Below are positions 60,238 to 64,000 of a stretch of DNA of 64,000 bases, one piece after another. Both the position numbers and the translations under genes were made by a program. This stretch comes from Candidatus Bathyarchaeia archaeon. Lineage in GTDB: Archaea > Thermoproteota > Bathyarchaeia > TCS64. The stretch spans positions 31,115 to 95,114 of the forward strand of contig JBEKDF010000006.1 of assembly GCA_050014495.1 (NCBI GenBank), in the 5' to 3' direction. The number at the start of each line of letters is the position of its first letter. Within the stretch, counting starts at the first letter, position 1. Below the pieces are notes generated by a model. It was not told where the DNA came from, searched no databases, and worked only from the letters and a program-made list of their open reading frames with translations.

Positions 60238-61926
60238 CTACTTGAAGAGGTCGGGTTGGAACTCCTTGAATCCTTCGGGGAAGTCCCATGGATCGACAAC
60301 GAACTCAATCATTGCGGGGACTCCGTGCTCGTTCTCTTTCTTGGCTCTCAATAGGGCCTTTTTAATGTCCCCTGAGTCGGTCACCTGGAGGCCATAGCAA
60401 CCAGAGGCCTGGGCTATCTTAACGAAGTCGGGCTGTGAATCGAAGTCTACAGCGATGTACCTCTCCTTGTTAGCTCTTTCGTGGAGCTTGATCCAACCGA
60501 GGCTGTAGTTGTTGAGGACTACCCATGTGACTGGGGCCTTGTATTGAACCGCCGTCGGCATCTCCTTCATGAACATCTGGAAGGCCCCATCGCCAGTCGT
60601 GCAGACTACCTGTCTCTGGGGTGCTGCGAGTTTAGCTCCGATACACCCAGCGACTGCGAGGCCCATACATGTCTGCTCCGCTGGCGCTACGCAGCCGTCT
60701 AGTGCCCCCACCGCCCAGTATGGCCAATAGTAGCTCCAAAGGTCCTGGCTGCCGTTCTCGTTTACTAGCACCGTCTTTGGCCCGAAGACTCTACAGGCCT
60801 CGTAGATGACTCTTTTAGTCTTAATGGGCTTTGATGAGTCTCCGCATTCAGCATAGATCTCAGTCAAGTAAGCGGCCGTTGCCTCGACGATGTTCTTCAC
60901 CTTGGGCATCTTTAAAAGAGGCGTCTTTTTCACCCGATCCTTTACGTATGCTTTGAGGTCCTGTAGGAACAGCTTGGCGTCGGAGACTATGGGCACGTTG
61001 GGCTGGAAGTTGCGCCCCAGCTCAGATGAGTCGATGTCTACCTGGATTAACGCTGCTCCATCAGGGTAGTAGCGCCACGCGGCGGTCTGAAACTCCTCGT
61101 TCCTGCTGCCGATTGAGATGATTAAATCCGAAGACTGATACGCGTCCCGCCCTAGCTTTGTCCTATATAGGCCAACCTGTCCCAGAGACAGCGGGTGGTC
61201 CTCGGATATGATGCCCCTGCCACTCGGCGTGGTCAGAATAGGCGCCCCAAAGAGTTCCGCTATCTCCATGAGCTCCGATGAGCAGCTGCTGTATAGTGCC
61301 CCGCCTCCGGCGACTATGACTGGATTCTCCGCGACGAGTAATAGCTCCGCCGCCCTCTTCAAGGCAATGGGTTCTGGCCGGGTTCTCACGAGGGGTATTG
61401 AATGGGTATACCGTGTCTCCTTTGTCACCTCTTGCCCTACGTCGAAGGGTACTTCGAGGTAGACCGGCCCGGGTTTGCCGTTTACGGTGAGTGTTAAGGC
61501 GCGCCTCAGTGCCCAGGAGGCACGATCTGCACGGGGAATCCTGAAGGCCCATTTTGTTATTCCCCTGAAGATCTCCATCTGGGGTGACTCCTGGAAGGCT
61601 CCCTCACCCTCGTGTTCCAGCGAGGCGGAGCCGCCCAATGCGAGCATTGGAACACATCCACTCCATGCCTCTAGCACTCCTGGGACGAGGTTTGATACTC
61701 CCGGGCCTGGACTAGCGAAACAGACGCCCGGGCTTCGCTTCATCTTCCCATAGGCATAAGCCATGAACGAACCTGAGGCCTCATGTCTAACCAGAACGGG
61801 CTCGATGTCGGAGTCGTAGAGTGAATCGTAGAGTGCAGCAGGGTGTCCAGGAATGCCAAATACGTGGCTAACCCCCTCCACCTTCAATCCATCTACTATT
61901 ACATCCCAACCGCGTTTACCGGGCAA
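60238..61926 (-). CDS. ThDP-dependent acetolactate-synthase-like enzyme
   Basis: FGIPG, RHE, PGPG..N, GPVYLEVP, GDGAFQM...NN. Confidence 0.92.
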   Translation of the reverse strand: MPGKRGWDVIVDGLKVEGVSHVFGIPGHPAALYDSLYDSDIEPVLVRHEASGSFMAYAYGKMKRSPGVCFASPGPGVSNLVPGVLEAWSGCVPMLALGGSASLEHEGEGAFQESPQMEIFRGITKWAFRIPRADRASWALRRALTLTVNGKPGPVYLEVPFDVGQEVTKETRYTHSIPLVRTRPEPIALKRAAELLLVAENPVIVAGGGALYSSCSSELMEIAELFGAPILTTPSGRGIISEDHPLSLGQVGLYRTKLGRDAYQSSDLIISIGSRNEEFQTAAWRYYPDGAALIQVDIDSSELGRNFQPNVPIVSDAKLFLQDLKAYVKDRVKKTPLLKMPKVKNIVEATAAYLTEIYAECGDSSKPIKTKRVIYEACRVFGPKTVLVNENGSQDLWSYYWPYWAVGALDGCVAPAEQTCMGLAVAGCIGAKLAAPQRQVVCTTGDGAFQMFMKEMPTAVQYKAPVTWVVLNNYSLGWIKLHERANKERYIAVDFDSQPDFVKIAQASGCYGLQVTDSGDIKKALLRAKKENEHGVPAMIEFVVDPWDFPEGFKEFQPDLFK

Positions 61927-62067
61927 AAGGGCACCTTGAGAAGAATCGTTGGGGCGAGTTGATAAAACCTAGGTCACCAAAACTCAGTTTGGATAAGGAT
62001 AACATTATAGCTAATCCGATATGATGCTTTAGGAAACTAGTCTTTCGAGTAGGGTTACTAAGATAAG

Positions 62068-62478
62068 GTGCGTGCGCCATTTTACATCTGGGGGAAAGCG
62101 TTGCCTATAACCGAGACTATCACCATCCTCGCGGATTTGCGAAAGAGGTACCCGGGCATCGAGAGCAGGGACTACGCCTTTAGGAGGTTCTACTCGACAG
62201 AGCACATGATCTTCTTCGACTGCGACGGTGTATCTGAGATATGCCTAACTGAGGCCATCACCCGCATTGACTATCCTCGCTTCGTGGCCTATGTCGTCGT
62301 AGAGGACACCTCAGGTCATAACTATGTCATGGACATCAGCTACACTAACCTAGGTAAGGAGACCTTGGAGAAGTTTGTTAGGCGTTATCCTGGGCAACTC
62401 AGGCCCTCGAGTGAGATGGCTCTCCAGCTTAGTGACCGTAAGTATGTTGAGTATATTGGGGCAAGCTACGAGGACTAA
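62068..62478 (+). CDS. Hypothetical protein
   Basis: 136-aa ORF with host-like codon use; no family recognised. Confidence 0.65.
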   Translation: MRAPFYIWGKALPITETITILADLRKRYPGIESRDYAFRRFYSTEHMIFFDCDGVSEICLTEAITRIDYPRFVAYVVVEDTSGHNYVMDISYTNLGKETLEKFVRRYPGQLRPSSEMALQLSDRKYVEYIGASYED

Positions 62479-62517
62479 TAGAGTATGTCAATGTAAATAG
62501 GCCATTATGGATAAGAG

Positions 62518-62597
62518 TAATCCCCCAAACCCAAACCCAACTACTCTCTACAACTTTTCCTTCTACCTACACTCTCCCTCATACTCTTTCTCTCTAA
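62518..62597. other. 80-nt G-free (strand-asymmetric) low-complexity tract
   Basis: No G on the + strand from 62518 to 62597; includes CCCCCAAACCCAAACCCAA. Confidence 0.8.
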
Positions 62598-62711
62598 GAC
62601 AAACAAACAGACGAACACGCCACACCTCATAAAAAATTCATTAATATGAGCGCGTGACCCACCCACATACGCGCATAATGCTTAACTTTTGAAAAAACGG
62701 CAGTAACGAAC

Positions 62712-63362
62712 ATGGTTCCACTCTATGGCGAGACCCATGAAGCCCCCGATGAACTCGACCATGGAATTACCCTCTTCGTCAACACAATGATCGAAGCCGA
62801 CCACACGGTATACGACCTCTCCGAGGCCAAGGCCATCCTAGGCAAGGCAAGAAAAATAGTCGTAGGGGACTGCCCCTGCAGAACCGAGCACCACAACTGC
62901 GACGCCCCGCTCAACGTCTGCCTCAGCCTCGACGAGCAGGCTGACATATCCTTGAGAAATGGGGGAAACAACCGAGATGTGACCCTCGACGAAGCCCTCT
63001 CTATCCTAAAGAGAAGCCACGAGGCCGGGCTCGTCCATATGGCGTACGTCGCAAAAGGCGCCGACAAGCCTAAAGTCCTCTGCAGCTGCTGTGCCTGCTG
63101 CTGCAACACTCTCGGCCCCATGATCATGAAGGGCACATACGAACTCATATTATCCTCCAAATATCTAGCCGAGGACAACCCTGAGGGGTGCACGGCCTGC
63201 GGTGTCTGCGTCCACCGCTGCATATTCGGGGCTAGGAAGCTTGTCGACGATGAACTCGTCTATGATCCATCACGATGCATGGGTTGCGGCGTCTGTGTAT
63301 CTACATGCCCCACAGGTACAATCTCGATGGTCCCGCGCCGTGCGCTTGATGCAGTTTCATAA
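62712..63362 (+). CDS. 4Fe-4S dicluster protein with Cys-rich N-terminal domain
   Basis: CPCR...C...C, CSCCACCC, CTACGVCVHRC, CMGCGVCVSTCP. Confidence 0.92.
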   Translation: MVPLYGETHEAPDELDHGITLFVNTMIEADHTVYDLSEAKAILGKARKIVVGDCPCRTEHHNCDAPLNVCLSLDEQADISLRNGGNNRDVTLDEALSILKRSHEAGLVHMAYVAKGADKPKVLCSCCACCCNTLGPMIMKGTYELILSSKYLAEDNPEGCTACGVCVHRCIFGARKLVDDELVYDPSRCMGCGVCVSTCPTGTISMVPRRALDAVS

Positions 63363-63421
63363 TTAATCAGACTCGAATAGCTCGGAGCGCGCGTATCTAC
63401 TATCAAGAATATGAGCCCATT

Positions 63422-63880
63422 TTAGTTGACTAATCTAGGGGTCCAGTTCTGAATCTCACTTCTCAGATATTTTGCTAATAGCAAAGCTTCTTCATTGATC
63501 AGGGTCTCAAGAGTTTGGTGTTCTCCGTTCCTGATCTTCTTAACCTCTACTTTCGTCTCAAAAAAATCATTCAGTTCTTCAAGCATAGTCTTAGTCTCTG
63601 AATCTGTCAGGTACTCTCGTTTACCTTTCTTCTCGTGGCTCGCAGACTCAGTCTTCATTTTAAAATCCTTCTTGCTGAGTTTTTGACTGTATTGAATTAT
63701 GAAGTCGTCGATCAAGTAGCGATAAAGCTCCTGAAAGTCGCAGACAAGGCTAAGCTTAGCCATTTGGTTACTGTGAAGGAAACCCAGATACGACTCAAGC
63801 TTCGCCCTAACCAGAGCCTTATCAATCTTCCAAGCGAGTATCTCGTAGGCGAGGTTAAACAAATTATTCATACCATTGTG
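63422..63880 (-). pseudogene. cas1: Solo Cas1 (casposase-like) C-terminal remnant
   Basis: NNLFNLAYE, LESYLGFLH, SLVCDFQELYRYLIDDF, LINEEALLLAKYLR. Similarity stops at a GCGCGCAC tract; the N-terminal domain is not seen. Confidence 0.8.
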
Positions 63881-64000
63881 CGCGCTTGCTTGTTTAGAAA
63901 TTCGTATTTTAGGACCACCTGAACGCCCCAACATAACCAAAACGAGGAAAAGCCAAAGCTCACAACACACGAGCCATCAGCCGAGAAACAGGCAGATACC

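Noticed and set aside
60198..60308. N-terminal extension of UbiD (and similar extensions to 5490, 11627, 22256, 28479, 46908)
   Set aside because: They overlap neighbouring genes or promoters, and family similarity begins at downstream starts.
62522..62540. G-quadruplex on the minus strand
   Set aside because: Only three closely spaced G-tracts.
646..63922. Numerous 60-180 aa ORFs overlapping called genes
   Set aside because: Antisense or alternate-frame shadows without recognisable motifs.
63886..64000. Continuation of cas1 or a casposon terminal inverted repeat
   Set aside because: No Cas1-like translation was recognised upstream of the tract and no partner repeat was seen; the window ends here.

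Overview
Archaeal chromosomal window, most consistent with Candidatus Bathyarchaeia (inference from archaeal-type coaD, DUF371, DUF763, DUF1614, split LplA/LplB, a corrinoid methyltransferase module, TATA-proximal TTG/GTG starts and a solo Cas1 type). It holds about 60 mostly accessory and metabolic genes: ABC/MFS transporters, transketolase and transaldolase, two Amt channels flanking two Lrp/AsnC regulators, a MoxR-VWA pair, UbiD plus a ThDP enzyme, a serpin and transglutaminase-like surface proteins. It also has one tRNA-Ala(GGC) and about seven damaged genes. No rRNA, CRISPR array or intact mobile element was seen. The most striking unexplained signal is a set of alternating (GC)n / purine-pyrimidine tracts that sit exactly at the deletion junctions of four unrelated broken genes (M20 peptidase, MFS, pcp, cas1) and pepper the intergenic DNA, like scars of an end-joining process. 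Other leads: a foreign-looking kinase plus enolase-like pair with rewired active sites beside the tRNA, a Cys-less TrpF-like/PfkB pair, and an Amt-Lrp-Lrp-Amt locus without GlnK. All family calls come from motif recognition by eye; no searches were run.
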